A stretch of 64,000 bases of DNA from Gemmatimonadota bacterium (GCA_036556205.1 DATBJW010000010.1:4228-68227), one strand, 5' to 3'. Shown: positions 1 through 9,820, counted from the first letter of the stretch. The notes: generated by a model not told the origin, from the sequence alone. Translations and numbers: made by a program.

Positions 1-42
1 TCGGGCCGAGCTCTTCGTAGTCGAGAGGGGAAGGGTGTCGCT

Positions 43-71
43 GCGGCCCGCCCGCACGCGCACGCGGGCCG
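43..71 (-). terminator. GC-rich hairpin just downstream of the cupredoxin gene (possible terminator)
   Basis: 8-bp perfect stem GCGGCCCG (43-50) / CGGGCCGC (64-71) with a 13-nt loop, 10 nt past the stop at 81. No U-tract, so weak. Confidence 0.2.
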
Positions 72-80
72 CCAGCGGCC

Positions 81-527
81 CTACTTCACGGTGAGCGTTC
101 CCTTCATCCCGGAGGCGAGGTGCCCCGGGTACGTGCAGATGTACGCGTACGTGCCCGGCTCCAGCGGGCCCACGTCGATCGTCTGGCCGCCGCCCGCGGC
201 CACGACGCCGCTGGCCTTGAGGACGCCCGGCACACCCTGGGCGTCACCCCCGCTCGCCTGCGCGGCCTGGTCCACGCTCTCCTCGTCGCCCGGCTTGACC
301 AGCACCCACGTGTGAGGCTGCTGGGAGGGGTTCTTGAACTCGATCGTGATCGCCGAGCCGGCCGGGGCCTCGAGCGACTCCTCCTGGAACTTGAACAGAG
401 TGGGGTCCGCCTGGACGTCGAGCCTGGTCGCTCCGCCGCCAGCGGCCCCGGACTCTCCACCCTTCTTGCAGGCGCCGGCCACGAGCCCCAGCGCCAGAAC
501 GCATGTCAACGCCTTCCGCATCTGCAT
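81..527 (-). CDS. Cupredoxin (azurin/plastocyanin-like blue copper) lipoprotein
   Basis: 148-aa ORF. Signal peptide with lipobox LVAGAC. C-terminal type-1 copper ligand pattern YICTYPGHLASGMKG (Cys..His..Met) plus an upstream His in QQPHTW. Confidence 0.8.
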   Translation of the reverse strand: MQMRKALTCVLALGLVAGACKKGGESGAAGGGATRLDVQADPTLFKFQEESLEAPAGSAITIEFKNPSQQPHTWVLVKPGDEESVDQAAQASGGDAQGVPGVLKASGVVAAGGGQTIDVGPLEPGTYAYICTYPGHLASGMKGTLTVK

Positions 528-572
528 GACATCCCCTCCCGGATGAAGAGAAGGAACCAGGTATGTGAATGA

Positions 573-1415
573 TCAGCCGATCCCGCGCATCTGCATCAGC
601 CGCGCCACGCGCTGCTCGGTGGGCGGATGCGTCTTGAAGAGGCTCGCCAACCCGCCGTCGCCGCGGAGCGGGTTCACGATGAAGAGGTGGGTCGTGGCCG
701 GGTTCGCCTCGGGCATCGGCACCCGCTTGGCGTAGGCCTCGAGCTTCTGGAGCGCCGAGGCCAGGGCGCGCGGCCGGCCGCTGAGCTCGGCCCCGCCGGC
801 GTCGGCCTCGAACTCGCGCGAGCGCGAGATCGCGAGCTGGATGAGCACCGCCGCGATGGGTGCCAGGATCATCGCCACGAGGCCCAGGGGATTCCCGCCG
901 CCCTCGCGGTTCCGGCCCCCGCCGAACCAGAGCGCCGAGCGGGCCACGATCGAGAGCGCGCCGGCCAGGGTCGCCGCGACCGTGCCGATCAGCATGTCGC
1001 GGTGCCGGACGTGCGCCAGCTCGTGAGCGATGACGGCCTCCAGCTCTTCGCGGGTCAGGAGCTGCAGGATCCCACGCGTGGCGGCCACGACGGCATGCCG
1101 CGGGCTACGTCCCGTGGCGAACGCGTTGGGCTGGTCCTGGGGCAGGATCGCCACCTTGGGCATGGGCAGACCCGCCTTGCGGGACAGCCGCTCGACGATC
1201 TCGTACAGCTCCGGCGCCTCCTCGCGGCTCACGGACTGCGCCCGGTACATGCGCAGCACGATCTTGTCGCTGAAGAAATAGGTCACGACGTTCGTCAGGG
1301 CCGCGAAGACCAGCCCGTAGAGCGCCATCCGCTCGCCGCCCAGCGCCCAGCCAACGGCCACGAACAAGCCCGTGAGGAAGGCCATCAAGAGCAGCGTCTT
1401 GGCGTTGTTCCACAT
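573..1415 (-). CDS. htpX: M48-family zinc protease HtpX
   Basis: HELAHVRHRD zinc motif and a TM-rich N-terminus. The ORF runs to 1583. I chose the ATG at 1415 (MWNNAKTLLLMAF...) by residue count because it gives an HtpX-like N-terminus. Confidence 0.9.
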   Translation of the reverse strand: MWNNAKTLLLMAFLTGLFVAVGWALGGERMALYGLVFAALTNVVTYFFSDKIVLRMYRAQSVSREEAPELYEIVERLSRKAGLPMPKVAILPQDQPNAFATGRSPRHAVVAATRGILQLLTREELEAVIAHELAHVRHRDMLIGTVAATLAGALSIVARSALWFGGGRNREGGGNPLGLVAMILAPIAAVLIQLAISRSREFEADAGGAELSGRPRALASALQKLEAYAKRVPMPEANPATTHLFIVNPLRGDGGLASLFKTHPPTEQRVARLMQMRGIG

Positions 1416-1594
1416 CGTTTTCGTCAGCCTCGTCAGCTTCGGTTCACCCCGGCCGCCGGGCGCCGCCTGCGACGCGCCGGGAGCTCTCACCCCGGTCTCC
1501 CCTCCCGTGCTTGATACTCCGAAAGATGCGTCTTTGTTGCGGGCTTTCAACCGGCGCCTGGCGTCCGGTCCGGACCGGCCCATCGCCGCGCCCC

Positions 1595-4500
1595 TCAGTA
1601 CTGGAACTCGTAGAAGATGTCCGCGCCGACCTGCTCGCGGCCATTCCGGGCTCCGGCCTCGGTCTCGATCGTCCAGCTGCGCGACAGGCGGTACTGGATG
1701 CCGAAGCGGCTCTCGTCCTGCGCGCCTGTGGTCTGCGAATAGGAGACGAAGACGTCGCTGGCGATGTACTTGCCGGCCCGGAAGCCGGCCCCGAACCCGC
1801 CCATCGCCGGCTGGATCTCCAGCAGATCGAGGCCCAGCTCCGAAGCCAGCGCACGCTGGAGCGGCAAAGCGGCCTGGGAGGTGGCCACGCGGCTGATCGT
1901 GCTCTGGAACTGCTTCTCCTGCGAGAGGTCGGGCGTGGGCGAACCGAAGAGCAGCAGCGAGAAGATCTCGGACTTCTCGTACGCAGGTGTCGAGGTGAGC
2001 TCGAGCGTCGGCTGCTCCACGGTCCCGCCGAGCGTGAGCGTCACATCGACGTCCTGACCGGTCTCGGATCCCTCGCGAATCGTGGTCGTGGCCACGATGT
2101 GCAGACCCGGGTTCAGGTCCGGCGTACCGTAGAAGAAGAGCTCACCCTCCTTGACCTCGAACTGGGTGCCGAACTCCGAGTAGAACCCGCGCACGACGCT
2201 GAGCGTCCCGGCCAGGGAGGGGATGTCACGGCCCCGCGCCTTCTGGATCGTGAGATCGCCCTGCAGCACGATCAGCGCCTGGTCGCTCTTGAGCACGGCG
2301 TCGTCCTCCACGGTCACGTCCACACCGACGAGCGTTCGCGACCAGAGCGGGGGCGGCGGTATGGGGGCCGTGCTGTCGCCCTCGGCCCGCACGTAGAGGA
2401 TGGCCTTGTCCAGGTCGATCACGTCCCGGTCGGTCCGCTCGGGCAGCGGCCACGAGAGCTGCCCGATGTTCACCTTCCCCGTGACGGCGGGCTCGGGGAC
2501 CGTGCCGCCAAACGTGAGGTCGGCGTCCAGGACGAGCAGCTTGTCGTCCTCGTCGATGAGCGTGAACCGGTGGGCCTGGAGCGCCGCTTCGACCGCGCCC
2601 TGATTCGGCTGCTTGAGCGAAACGCGCCCACTGAGGCGGGCCTCGCCCGAGCCTGACACGACGCGCAGGTCCTCGAACAGGATCTGATCGTTGTCGAAGC
2701 GCACGGCCCCGTTGATCCCCGTGTAGCGCGTGCCGCTGTCGCGGAGGCGAAGGCGTCCGTCGCGGAGCGTGATCGAGCCTTCGTGGTGCGGCGTCGAAGG
2801 GGTCCCGCTCAGATGGAGATCGATGTCCACGGGTCCCGCCGCCTCGGCGATCTTCGGCGTGAGCGAGCCCAGCAGCCCGAGATCAACCCCCTCGCTCCGC
2901 ACGCGCAGGTCCATCGGGAGATCGGGGATGCGTCGCTCCACCCGGCCGAAAGCGAAATCCACGGGGAACGTCCCCTTCGCCACGACCGCGCCGGGGCTCT
3001 GCAGGCTGTCGGCGCCCGGCGTCTCCGGCTCCAGGCGCACGTCCAGCTGCAGCTGCCGATCCGCGTAGTCGAGCCGTCCCTCGAAGCGGTGGATGGCGAA
3101 GGTGCCCAGCCGGCCCTCGCTGAGCGAGACGCGGCCCTCGAGGCGAGGGCTCGAGGCGCGACCCTGCAAGCGCAGGTCGAGCTCGAGGGGCCCGGAGGCC
3201 GCGATGGGCCTGGGAGAGAAGGCCTGCACCATGGCCAGGCTCAAGCCCTTGCTCAGGATCGTCAGGTCGAGCGGCTCGTCGGGGAAGCGGTTCGGCACCT
3301 CTCCGAAGGCCAGGTCCAGCGGCAGGCTCCCGGTCAGGTGCACCGACCCGGGGTCCGAGCTGTCGGCGGCCATCGTTTCGGGCGCGAGATCCACGTCCAG
3401 GCCGAGCCGGCGGTCGGCGTAAGTCACCCGGCCCTCCAGGCGGTGCACCCTCACGCGCTCCACGCGGCCGTCGTCGAGCCTGAACTCACCCTCGATGACG
3501 GGCGCGCGGTCGGTCCCCGTGACCGTCCCGGCGCCCGTGAACGTGCCCGTCGCGAAGGGCTCGACCCCGGCCAGCGTCTGGAAGTCGTCGAGCGATACGT
3601 TCTTCAGGTCGAACCGGAAGTCCTGCTCTCCCTCGAGGCGCAGCGTCCCGTCGATCCCGACCCGCTCGTCGCCGTGCGACAACGCGAAATCATGGAACGT
3701 GAACACGCCGTCCTGGTAGGCGAAGCCCGAGGGCTCCTGGATCGCGTACTGCTGGTCTCCCATGCTCATCCGGCCGCGGTCCAGGACGACGCGCGGCGCC
3801 CGGCCGCTGAATTCCACGCCCAGGTGGCCCTCGGCCGTGCGTGTGGAGTCCATGCGCATGGCCAGCGTGACGCCCATCGTGTCGCCCTCGAAGCCGGCCT
3901 GGAAGCCCGCCTCCTCGAAGCTCACGAGCCCCAGGTAGGACACGTCGTGTCCGGCTCCGTCCAGTGCGAGCCGGAACGATGGCTGCCCGATGTCGATGAA
4001 CTCCGCCGTGCCGTCCAGGCTGTCGGCGACGAGGCCGTTCCAGGCCAGCGAGTCGGCGGTCGCGCTCAGCTGGAGGTCGAGGCCCGTGTAGGGGCCCGCC
4101 AGCCGGCCGCTGGCCTCGAAGCGGCGGGCGGGCGTGGGGCCGATCGCCGGGTAGAAGTCCTGCAGGTTGCGGCTCGTGCCCCGGACCTGAAGGTCGATCG
4201 TCCGGTCGTAGGGCAGGGCGCCCGCGCCTTCGACGACGCTGTTCGGCAGCTGGATGCGGAAGCTCTGGATCTCGTACGCCCCCGGGCGGAAGCGACCTTC
4301 GAAGGAGCCCTCCCGCACTTCATAGGAGAGCAGCCGCGTGTCGCGCAGGCGGCCGCCGAAGGTCGCTCGCGCGGCGGATCCCATGCCCGACCCAGCGAGC
4401 CGGAACTCGCCGCTGATCCGGCTGGCCCAGGCCGGGTCGTGGAAGACGTCCTGGAGGTCCAGCGCACGCAGGTCCACGCGCAGGTCGTAGGTCGGCTCGC

Positions 4501-5740
4501 GCTTTCCGAGACCCAGCGTCCCCGACACGTGACCGCCGGTCGAGCCGTAGGCCAGGTCGCCCTCGATCGCGAGGTCGGCCCGCCGACCCTCGAGGCGCAG
4601 CTTGCCGGTCAGAGGCTGCTCCAGAGGATAGGGCTGCCACAGGAGGCGCGCGTCGGCTGGATCCAGCGGCGCCAGGGTCAGGTCGACGGCCCCGAGCGGC
4701 TCTTGCTGCGTGGTCAGCGTCCCGCGGCCGCTCACGAGCGAGCGCGGCGTACGGAGCTCGAAGTCGCGCAACGTGAGCTGCAGGTTGTCCGAAGGACCCG
4801 AGAGGCCGACCCTGCCCTGAATCGTGCCCTCGAAGGGCACCCGGGGGGCGAAGCGTCGGAGCTCGGCCAGCGCCAGCGGACCGGCCTTGAACTCGAGCTC
4901 GAAGAGGGGGTGCGCCAGGTTGCGGACCGTGCCCGAGCCCGAGAGCTCGCTGGCCGCCGTGCGCAGCAGGAAGCGGCTCACCTCGAGCCCGGCGCGCGTG
5001 AAGGTCGCGCGGGCGTCGAGCTCGCGCACCTCCAGAGCGGGCTGTTCGACCTCGAATGAGAGGTCCTCCGCCGAGAAACTCTTGTGCCCGCCGTCGTCCG
5101 ACGCTACGTCGAGCGCGAGGCGGCCGTTCAGGTTCACGATCCGCGGACCGGAGCCGAGCGGACCGAAGGGGCTGGGCTCGCGGCGGCTGTCGATCGTGAC
5201 GGCACCGTTCACCAGGCGCAGCTCCTGGACTCGCACGACCGATCCCCACCCCGGCCCACCTCCTTCCTCACCGCCGCGCAAGAAGGGCAGGACGTCGAGG
5301 TAGTTCCAGTTGCCGGTCGAATCCTGGACGAGCGTGATCCGGGGCTCCACCAGCCGCGTGCGCCCGAGCAGAATCTTGCGGCTCAGGAACCCGCCGGCCT
5401 GGTAGCTCACGTCGATCTCCCGCACGGCGACGAACGGCTCGCCACGCACGTCGCTGATGCGGACCCCCCGCAGCGTCACGCCGTGCAGCAGATCCCCCTC
5501 GAGGCGCTCCACCTGCACCTGACCGTGCACCGCCGAGCGCAGCCGGTCGAGCGCGAACGCGCGAACCTTCTCGTGTACCCACTCGAGGCGGAGCAGGACG
5601 GTCGCCGCCAGCGCCACCACCGCCACCAGCAGCAGCAGGCCGGCCAGGACCCTGGCGAGGTCGCGCGCCAGACGCCCTACCAGGGAGCGGCGCGGACCCC
5701 CGCCCCCGGCTGCGCCTTCGTCTTTCCTCTCGTCGGGCAT
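1595..5740 (-). CDS. tamB: Translocation and assembly module protein TamB (AsmA/DUF490 family)
   Basis: 1381 aa with a single N-terminal TM anchor (LAGLLLLVAVVALAATVLL). Long repetitive beta-rich body. TamB-type C-terminus ...YRLSRSWTIETEAG...GADIFYEFQY. Lies directly downstream of an Omp85 gene. Confidence 0.85.
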   Translation of the reverse strand: MPDERKDEGAAGGGGPRRSLVGRLARDLARVLAGLLLLVAVVALAATVLLRLEWVHEKVRAFALDRLRSAVHGQVQVERLEGDLLHGVTLRGVRISDVRGEPFVAVREIDVSYQAGGFLSRKILLGRTRLVEPRITLVQDSTGNWNYLDVLPFLRGGEEGGGPGWGSVVRVQELRLVNGAVTIDSRREPSPFGPLGSGPRIVNLNGRLALDVASDDGGHKSFSAEDLSFEVEQPALEVRELDARATFTRAGLEVSRFLLRTAASELSGSGTVRNLAHPLFELEFKAGPLALAELRRFAPRVPFEGTIQGRVGLSGPSDNLQLTLRDFELRTPRSLVSGRGTLTTQQEPLGAVDLTLAPLDPADARLLWQPYPLEQPLTGKLRLEGRRADLAIEGDLAYGSTGGHVSGTLGLGKREPTYDLRVDLRALDLQDVFHDPAWASRISGEFRLAGSGMGSAARATFGGRLRDTRLLSYEVREGSFEGRFRPGAYEIQSFRIQLPNSVVEGAGALPYDRTIDLQVRGTSRNLQDFYPAIGPTPARRFEASGRLAGPYTGLDLQLSATADSLAWNGLVADSLDGTAEFIDIGQPSFRLALDGAGHDVSYLGLVSFEEAGFQAGFEGDTMGVTLAMRMDSTRTAEGHLGVEFSGRAPRVVLDRGRMSMGDQQYAIQEPSGFAYQDGVFTFHDFALSHGDERVGIDGTLRLEGEQDFRFDLKNVSLDDFQTLAGVEPFATGTFTGAGTVTGTDRAPVIEGEFRLDDGRVERVRVHRLEGRVTYADRRLGLDVDLAPETMAADSSDPGSVHLTGSLPLDLAFGEVPNRFPDEPLDLTILSKGLSLAMVQAFSPRPIAASGPLELDLRLQGRASSPRLEGRVSLSEGRLGTFAIHRFEGRLDYADRQLQLDVRLEPETPGADSLQSPGAVVAKGTFPVDFAFGRVERRIPDLPMDLRVRSEGVDLGLLGSLTPKIAEAAGPVDIDLHLSGTPSTPHHEGSITLRDGRLRLRDSGTRYTGINGAVRFDNDQILFEDLRVVSGSGEARLSGRVSLKQPNQGAVEAALQAHRFTLIDEDDKLLVLDADLTFGGTVPEPAVTGKVNIGQLSWPLPERTDRDVIDLDKAILYVRAEGDSTAPIPPPPLWSRTLVGVDVTVEDDAVLKSDQALIVLQGDLTIQKARGRDIPSLAGTLSVVRGFYSEFGTQFEVKEGELFFYGTPDLNPGLHIVATTTIREGSETGQDVDVTLTLGGTVEQPTLELTSTPAYEKSEIFSLLLFGSPTPDLSQEKQFQSTISRVATSQAALPLQRALASELGLDLLEIQPAMGGFGAGFRAGKYIASDVFVSYSQTTGAQDESRFGIQYRLSRSWTIETEAGARNGREQVGADIFYEFQY

Positions 5741-5815
5741 GGTATGGGCGAAGCTGCGTCGGGTGACAAACCGTTGCTAGTGGCAGTCGGTCGGCCGGCC
5801 CCGCTCCGGAGCCTC

Positions 5816-5887
5816 GGGGGCCGGCGGCGGCTCGCACGGCGAGCCAATGGGTTTCTTGGCGAGCCGGCGAGACCGCCGCCCGCCCCC
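5816..5887 (+). repeat. Structured intergenic repeat, copy A1 (core variant A)
   Basis: Core CACGGCGAGCCAATGGGTTTCTTGGCGAGC at 5835-5864. It is flanked by imperfectly complementary GC-rich arms (gggggccggcggcggctcg / cgagaccgccgcccgccccc). Confidence 0.8.
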
Positions 5888-5900
5888 GGCACCGAAGCCT

Positions 5901-5973
5901 GGGGGGCCGGCGGTGGTCCGCACGGCGAGCCAATGGGTTTCTTGGCGAGCGGGCGGAGCCACCGCCGGCCCCC
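5901..5973 (+). repeat. Structured intergenic repeat, copy A2 (core variant A)
   Basis: Identical 30-nt core at 5921-5950. Arms ggggccggcggtggtccg / cggagccaccgccggcccc are complementary apart from one mismatch. Lies 86 nt from copy A1. Confidence 0.8.
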
Positions 5974-6002
5974 GGCAACGGAGCCAGGATGGCATGCCAG
6001 GC

Positions 6003-7964
6003 TCAGAACGCGTTGCCCACCGAGAAGTGTACCACGAAGGGCGGCCCCGGGTCCTCGGACTTCGTCTTGAACCCCACGTCCACGCGCACGGGCCCGACGG
6101 GCGTGGCGTAGCGCACGCCCAGCCCCGGCGTGTAGCGCAGATCGGACAGCGCGACGTCTTTCGGCTCGGCCCAGACGTCGCCCGCGTCCACGAAGGTGAC
6201 CCCGCGCAGGTTCCCGAACAGCGGGAAGCGCAGCTCCACGCTGGCCTCGAGGAGCGCCTCGCCGCCGACCGGGTCGCAGTTGTCGATGTTCCCGTCGCAG
6301 TCGTCGCCCACGAGCGGGCCCAGCATGCGTCGCTGGTAGCCGCGCACGCTCGTGCTGCCGCCCGCGAACAGCCGCTCGAAGAGCGGCGCGGTGATCGCGT
6401 CCCCCTCGGGAGTCGTCACCTGGCCGATCGGCTCGATCACCCCGGGAAGCGCTTTGAGCGCCAGGATCCAGCCCGGCTTGAGCTCGCGGTAGTGCGTCGC
6501 CAGCAGGGTCACGCGGTGGTACTGGTAGTCTCCCGTGAACCAGGTCTGGGCCAGGTGGTAGTTCAGCGTGAGCGTGTACCCCTCGGTGGGCGAGAGGAGG
6601 TCGTCGGTGGTGTCGAGCAGCGCGCCCAGCTCCAGGTAGGACAGCGTGCTGGGATTGATGAACTCCTGACCCAGGATGTCCTGGATGTCTTCCAGATTCT
6701 CGATCTCGGTGAAGTCGTCGTACTCGATGTTGAATCCGTAGAACGCGCGCACGGACGGGGAGATCTCCTGGTTCACGCGGGCGCTGCCGCCGATGCGCTG
6801 CACGACGTAGGTGTCCTCCCGGTCCTGCGCGAAGAACCCCGTGGCGGTGGTGCTCAGGTCCCGGTTGAACACGTTGGGCTGGGTCAGCGAGACGAGCGCT
6901 TCGCGGCGCAGCCCCGAATACTCTCCCTGCACGCGCGCCTGGCGCGCGCCGCCCAGGAAGTTCCTGTCCAGCCAGCTGACGCTGGCCCGGAACTGCTCCT
7001 CGCTGCCGTACCCCACGCCGAGCCGCACCAGGTGCTGCTTGGCGTCCGCCAGGCGGATGACCACCGGGAGCGAATCCCCGACCGGGGCGTCATACTGCGG
7101 CTCGACCTGCACACGACGGAAGAGGTTCAGCCCGTAGAGCCGGCGCTGCGTGTCGTAGACCTTGTCCAGCGCGTAGCGGCGGCCGGGCCGGAACTCCACA
7201 CGGCTCCGGATGAGCTTCTCGCTCACGTCGGTCTCGCCCTCGATGGTCAACCGCCCGAAGCGGTACAACCCGTCCGCATCCACGGTGAACACCACGGTCG
7301 CGCGGCGCGTGTCCTTGTCGATCCGGTACTCTTTGAGGACCTCGGCGAAGGCATAGCCGCGGTTCTGGAAGCGTCCCTTCAGCACGGCGTCGGTCGAGTC
7401 GATGCGCGCCTCGTTGAAGACGTCTCCCTCTTTGAGGGGAACGCCACGGCGCGCGCGTTCGAGCTCGATGGAGTCGGGCGCGGACGGCGTCGCCAGCTCG
7501 ATCCGCAAGGTGTCGATGACGGACGGGAGGCCCTCGCTCACGAAGATTGCGAGCTCCACGTCGCCCTTCGTCGTCACGCGGGCGCGGTAGCCTTCGACGT
7601 CCGCGTCGAAGTATCCGCTCTGCTGATAGACGACGACCACCCGGCGCAGGTCGTTCAGGAACTCGTCTCTGTTCAGGCGTCGCGCCTTGCGGAAGAAGAA
7701 CGTCCCCGAGGGACCCTCCGTGTAGAGCCGGCGCTTGATCACCGACTCCGAGATCGCGTCGGCGCCCACGATCTCGAGCTTCTGGACCTTGGCCCGGCCG
7801 GGGACGTCGTCGAGCGGCACGCCCTCCACCGGCTGAAGCGACACCTCCTGGGCCGCGAGCGGCGCGGCGAGCGTCAGGAGCAGCCCGAGCGCGGCGGGCG
7901 TCAGGAGCAGCCCGACCGCGGCGGGCGGCGCAACCCGGCCGGGCGCGGCGCGGGGCCGCGCCAT
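6003..7964 (-). CDS. tamA: Omp85-family outer membrane protein, TamA-like (POTRA repeats plus beta-barrel)
   Basis: The ORF extends to 8555. The start at 7964 (MARPRAAPGRVAPPAAVGLLLTPAALGLLL..AAQE signal peptide) overlaps the upstream stop by 1 nt. C-terminal barrel ends ...VVHFSVGNAF. Adjacent to tamB. Confidence 0.85.
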   Translation of the reverse strand: MARPRAAPGRVAPPAAVGLLLTPAALGLLLTLAAPLAAQEVSLQPVEGVPLDDVPGRAKVQKLEIVGADAISESVIKRRLYTEGPSGTFFFRKARRLNRDEFLNDLRRVVVVYQQSGYFDADVEGYRARVTTKGDVELAIFVSEGLPSVIDTLRIELATPSAPDSIELERARRGVPLKEGDVFNEARIDSTDAVLKGRFQNRGYAFAEVLKEYRIDKDTRRATVVFTVDADGLYRFGRLTIEGETDVSEKLIRSRVEFRPGRRYALDKVYDTQRRLYGLNLFRRVQVEPQYDAPVGDSLPVVIRLADAKQHLVRLGVGYGSEEQFRASVSWLDRNFLGGARQARVQGEYSGLRREALVSLTQPNVFNRDLSTTATGFFAQDREDTYVVQRIGGSARVNQEISPSVRAFYGFNIEYDDFTEIENLEDIQDILGQEFINPSTLSYLELGALLDTTDDLLSPTEGYTLTLNYHLAQTWFTGDYQYHRVTLLATHYRELKPGWILALKALPGVIEPIGQVTTPEGDAITAPLFERLFAGGSTSVRGYQRRMLGPLVGDDCDGNIDNCDPVGGEALLEASVELRFPLFGNLRGVTFVDAGDVWAEPKDVALSDLRYTPGLGVRYATPVGPVRVDVGFKTKSEDPGPPFVVHFSVGNAF

Positions 7965-8872
7965 CAGGCGGTCTCGCCCGTGGCGCTGGCGCGGCGGAAC
8001 GGCCGGCGCCGGCTGTCGGGCGCCTCGCGGCGCTGCCGCCAGAAGAGCCAGGCGATCTCGCCGCCCAGGATGAACACGACGGAGGAGTAGTACACCCAGA
8101 CCAGAACCAGGATGAGCGTGCTGAACTGACCGTAGATGGCGACGTCCAGGAGCTGGGCGAGGACGCTCACGAAGAGGTATTTGGCGACCTCGAAGAACAG
8201 GCTGGCGACGAGCGCGGCCGTGGCCGCGCGCCAGCGGCCGATCGCGCGGTTCGGCAAGTACCGATAGAGCAGGTAGAACATCGTGAGCGTGATCCCGAAC
8301 GTCAGCGCCACGCCGGCCAGCCAGGACCAGAGCGGCAGGTCCACGAAGCGGCCGAAGAGCGGAACGCTCAGATCCCCGAGCCAGCTCACGACGGCGGTGA
8401 GGGACATGGAAACCAGGAAGAAGAGGCCCACCACGACCACCATCTTGATGTCGTGGATCTTCCCCTCGACGATCCCCAGACGGTGCTCGTCCTCGATCTC
8501 GAACACGATGAACAGCACCGTCCGCAGCGATCCGAAGAGGCGCGTCGAGGCCCACACCAGAGCCAGGCCACCCAGGAGCCCCAACCGCCCGCGCTCGGGC
8601 ACCAGGGCGACGAGCAGGTCGCGCACGTTCTGGCCGGTCACGGGGAGCACGCGCTGGACCATCTCCAGGGTCTTCGTGTAGGCCTCGGTCGAGGAGGCCA
8701 CCACGTAGCCCAGGATCGCGATCGCCAGCAGCAGCAGCGGGACGACGCAGATCAATGCGTTGAAGGTGATCCCCGAGCTCAGGAAGAAGATCTCGTCGCG
8801 GCCGGCCTTGTCGTAGAGAGCGCGCAGGAAGCGCAGGGCGGATCGGCCGGCGGAGCGGACCCGAGGACTCAC
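7964..8872 (-). CDS. YihY/BrkB-family inner membrane protein
   Basis: 302 aa. N-terminus ...LRFLRALYDKAGRDEIFFLSSGITFNALICVVPLLLL is typical of the YihY family. Multiple TM helices. Confidence 0.8.
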   Translation of the reverse strand: MSPRVRSAGRSALRFLRALYDKAGRDEIFFLSSGITFNALICVVPLLLLAIAILGYVVASSTEAYTKTLEMVQRVLPVTGQNVRDLLVALVPERGRLGLLGGLALVWASTRLFGSLRTVLFIVFEIEDEHRLGIVEGKIHDIKMVVVVGLFFLVSMSLTAVVSWLGDLSVPLFGRFVDLPLWSWLAGVALTFGITLTMFYLLYRYLPNRAIGRWRAATAALVASLFFEVAKYLFVSVLAQLLDVAIYGQFSTLILVLVWVYYSSVVFILGGEIAWLFWRQRREAPDSRRRPFRRASATGETA

Positions 8873-9018
8873 GGAGCGCGGGGGGATCGCGCGGAAGCCG
8901 GAGCGGGGGCGGCCCGGGCGGCCTCCTCCTCCCGCGCCCGGCCGGCGCAGAAGTCAGGGGAGAGCGTCGTCACCGGGAAGCCTCCTTCACGGCCCGCACC
9001 ATCCGGACCGCGCGCGGG

Positions 9019-9294
9019 TCAGGTCCGGCGGCCGCTGACGAGGCTGAGCAGCGCCACGAACAGCGCCGCGCCGATGATCGGCCAGAGGAGGGAGAAGTGA
9101 ACGCCGCTGACGTCGATCCGGAAGATCTCCGGGAGCTCGACTTTCTCGGCCAGCCAGCGGCCCAGGAAGGCCCCGATGAAGCCCAGCACGATCGAGACCA
9201 GGCAGCCGCCGGCCGTATACCCCGTGGCGGCCTGGCCCACCGCCCCGATGACGGCCGCGATGATCAGGAACACGATGATCTCGCCGGGGGTCAT
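9019..9294 (-). CDS. GlsB/YeaQ/YmgE-family (transglycosylase-associated) stress membrane protein, paralog 1
   Basis: 91 aa with three Gly-rich TM segments (IIAAVIGAVGQ..., IVLGFIGAFLGRWL..., WPIIGAALFVALLSL). The start overlaps the receiver gene stop (ATGA). Confidence 0.8.
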   Translation of the reverse strand: MTPGEIIVFLIIAAVIGAVGQAATGYTAGGCLVSIVLGFIGAFLGRWLAEKVELPEIFRIDVSGVHFSLLWPIIGAALFVALLSLVSGRRT

Positions 9295-9686
9295 GGCTGG
9301 CGAGTATAGGCCCCCCCTTCGCGTTCACGCAAGGTCGCCGCCGCGCTCCGGACGGAGTCGAGCAAGTCGGGCGGAGAGATGGGCTTGCGGAAGATCCGCA
9401 CGCCCAGCTTCCGGGCCGCGCGCCGCGCCCGGGCGCCCAGGCGCTGTCCGGTCACGATCAGCGCCACCGGCCGCGCGGCTGCCGGAGCGATCGCCGTCAG
9501 GACGTCGAGCCCGCTCATGTCGGGCAGCCCGTAGTCCAGGATCACGACGTCGGGACGCACGGCGTCGCAAGCCGCCAGGGCGTCGCGCCCCGTCGTCACG
9601 GCGATCGCACGATGCCCTTCCTCACGCAACAGCGCCACCAGGGCCCAGCGCGAGGTGGCCTCGTCCTCAGCGATCAAGATCGTCAC
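9291..9686 (-). CDS. Single-domain response regulator (receiver only)
   Basis: 131 aa with a GTG start. Motifs: IAEDE acidic pocket, phospho-acceptor context VVILDYGLPDMSG, LIVTG, conserved Lys in FRKPISP. Confidence 0.85.
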   Translation of the reverse strand: MTILIAEDEATSRWALVALLREEGHRAIAVTTGRDALAACDAVRPDVVILDYGLPDMSGLDVLTAIAPAAARPVALIVTGQRLGARARRAARKLGVRIFRKPISPPDLLDSVRSAAATLREREGGAYTRQP

Positions 9687-9771
9687 TGCGGGATCCCGAA
9701 CCAGCGCCGATGGCCGGTCGCCGGGCCGGTGCCTCCCTTCACCATGTAAGAGGGTCCAGCCGATGATCCCC

Positions 9772-9786
9772 GCAAAGGCCGGGCCA
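9772..9786 (-). promoter_or_regulatory. Sigma-54 (-24/-12) promoter upstream of the receiver-GlsB pair
   Basis: The minus strand reads TGGCCCG-GCCT-TTGCG, against the consensus TGGCACG-N4-TTGCW. GG-N10-GC spacing is exact. The -12 element lies 86 nt upstream of the GTG at 9686 and downstream of a GAFTGS-containing activator gene. Confidence 0.6.
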
Positions 9787-9820
9787 GCGACCGGGACCGC
9801 CCTCCCCTCGGGGCCGACGT

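Noticed and set aside
5847-5870. Mini-ORFs starting MGF(L/M)AS inside every repeat core (also at 44952 and 61385).
   Set aside because: The start codon lies in the loop of the conserved hairpin. Downstream sequences diverge into junk frames of different length. There is no ribosome-binding site. The conservation is explained by the nucleotide-level repeat.
2783-8090. Very long plus-strand ORFs antisense to tamB and tamA (2783-5059 and 5847-8090). Similar shadow ORFs occur elsewhere, for example 15121-17532, 37871-40720, 18118-20352 and 33933-36206.
   Set aside because: These are typical high-GC shadow ORFs. Their composition is extremely rich in Arg, Ala, Gly and Pro, they have no recognisable motifs, and each fully overlaps a well-supported gene in another frame or on the other strand.
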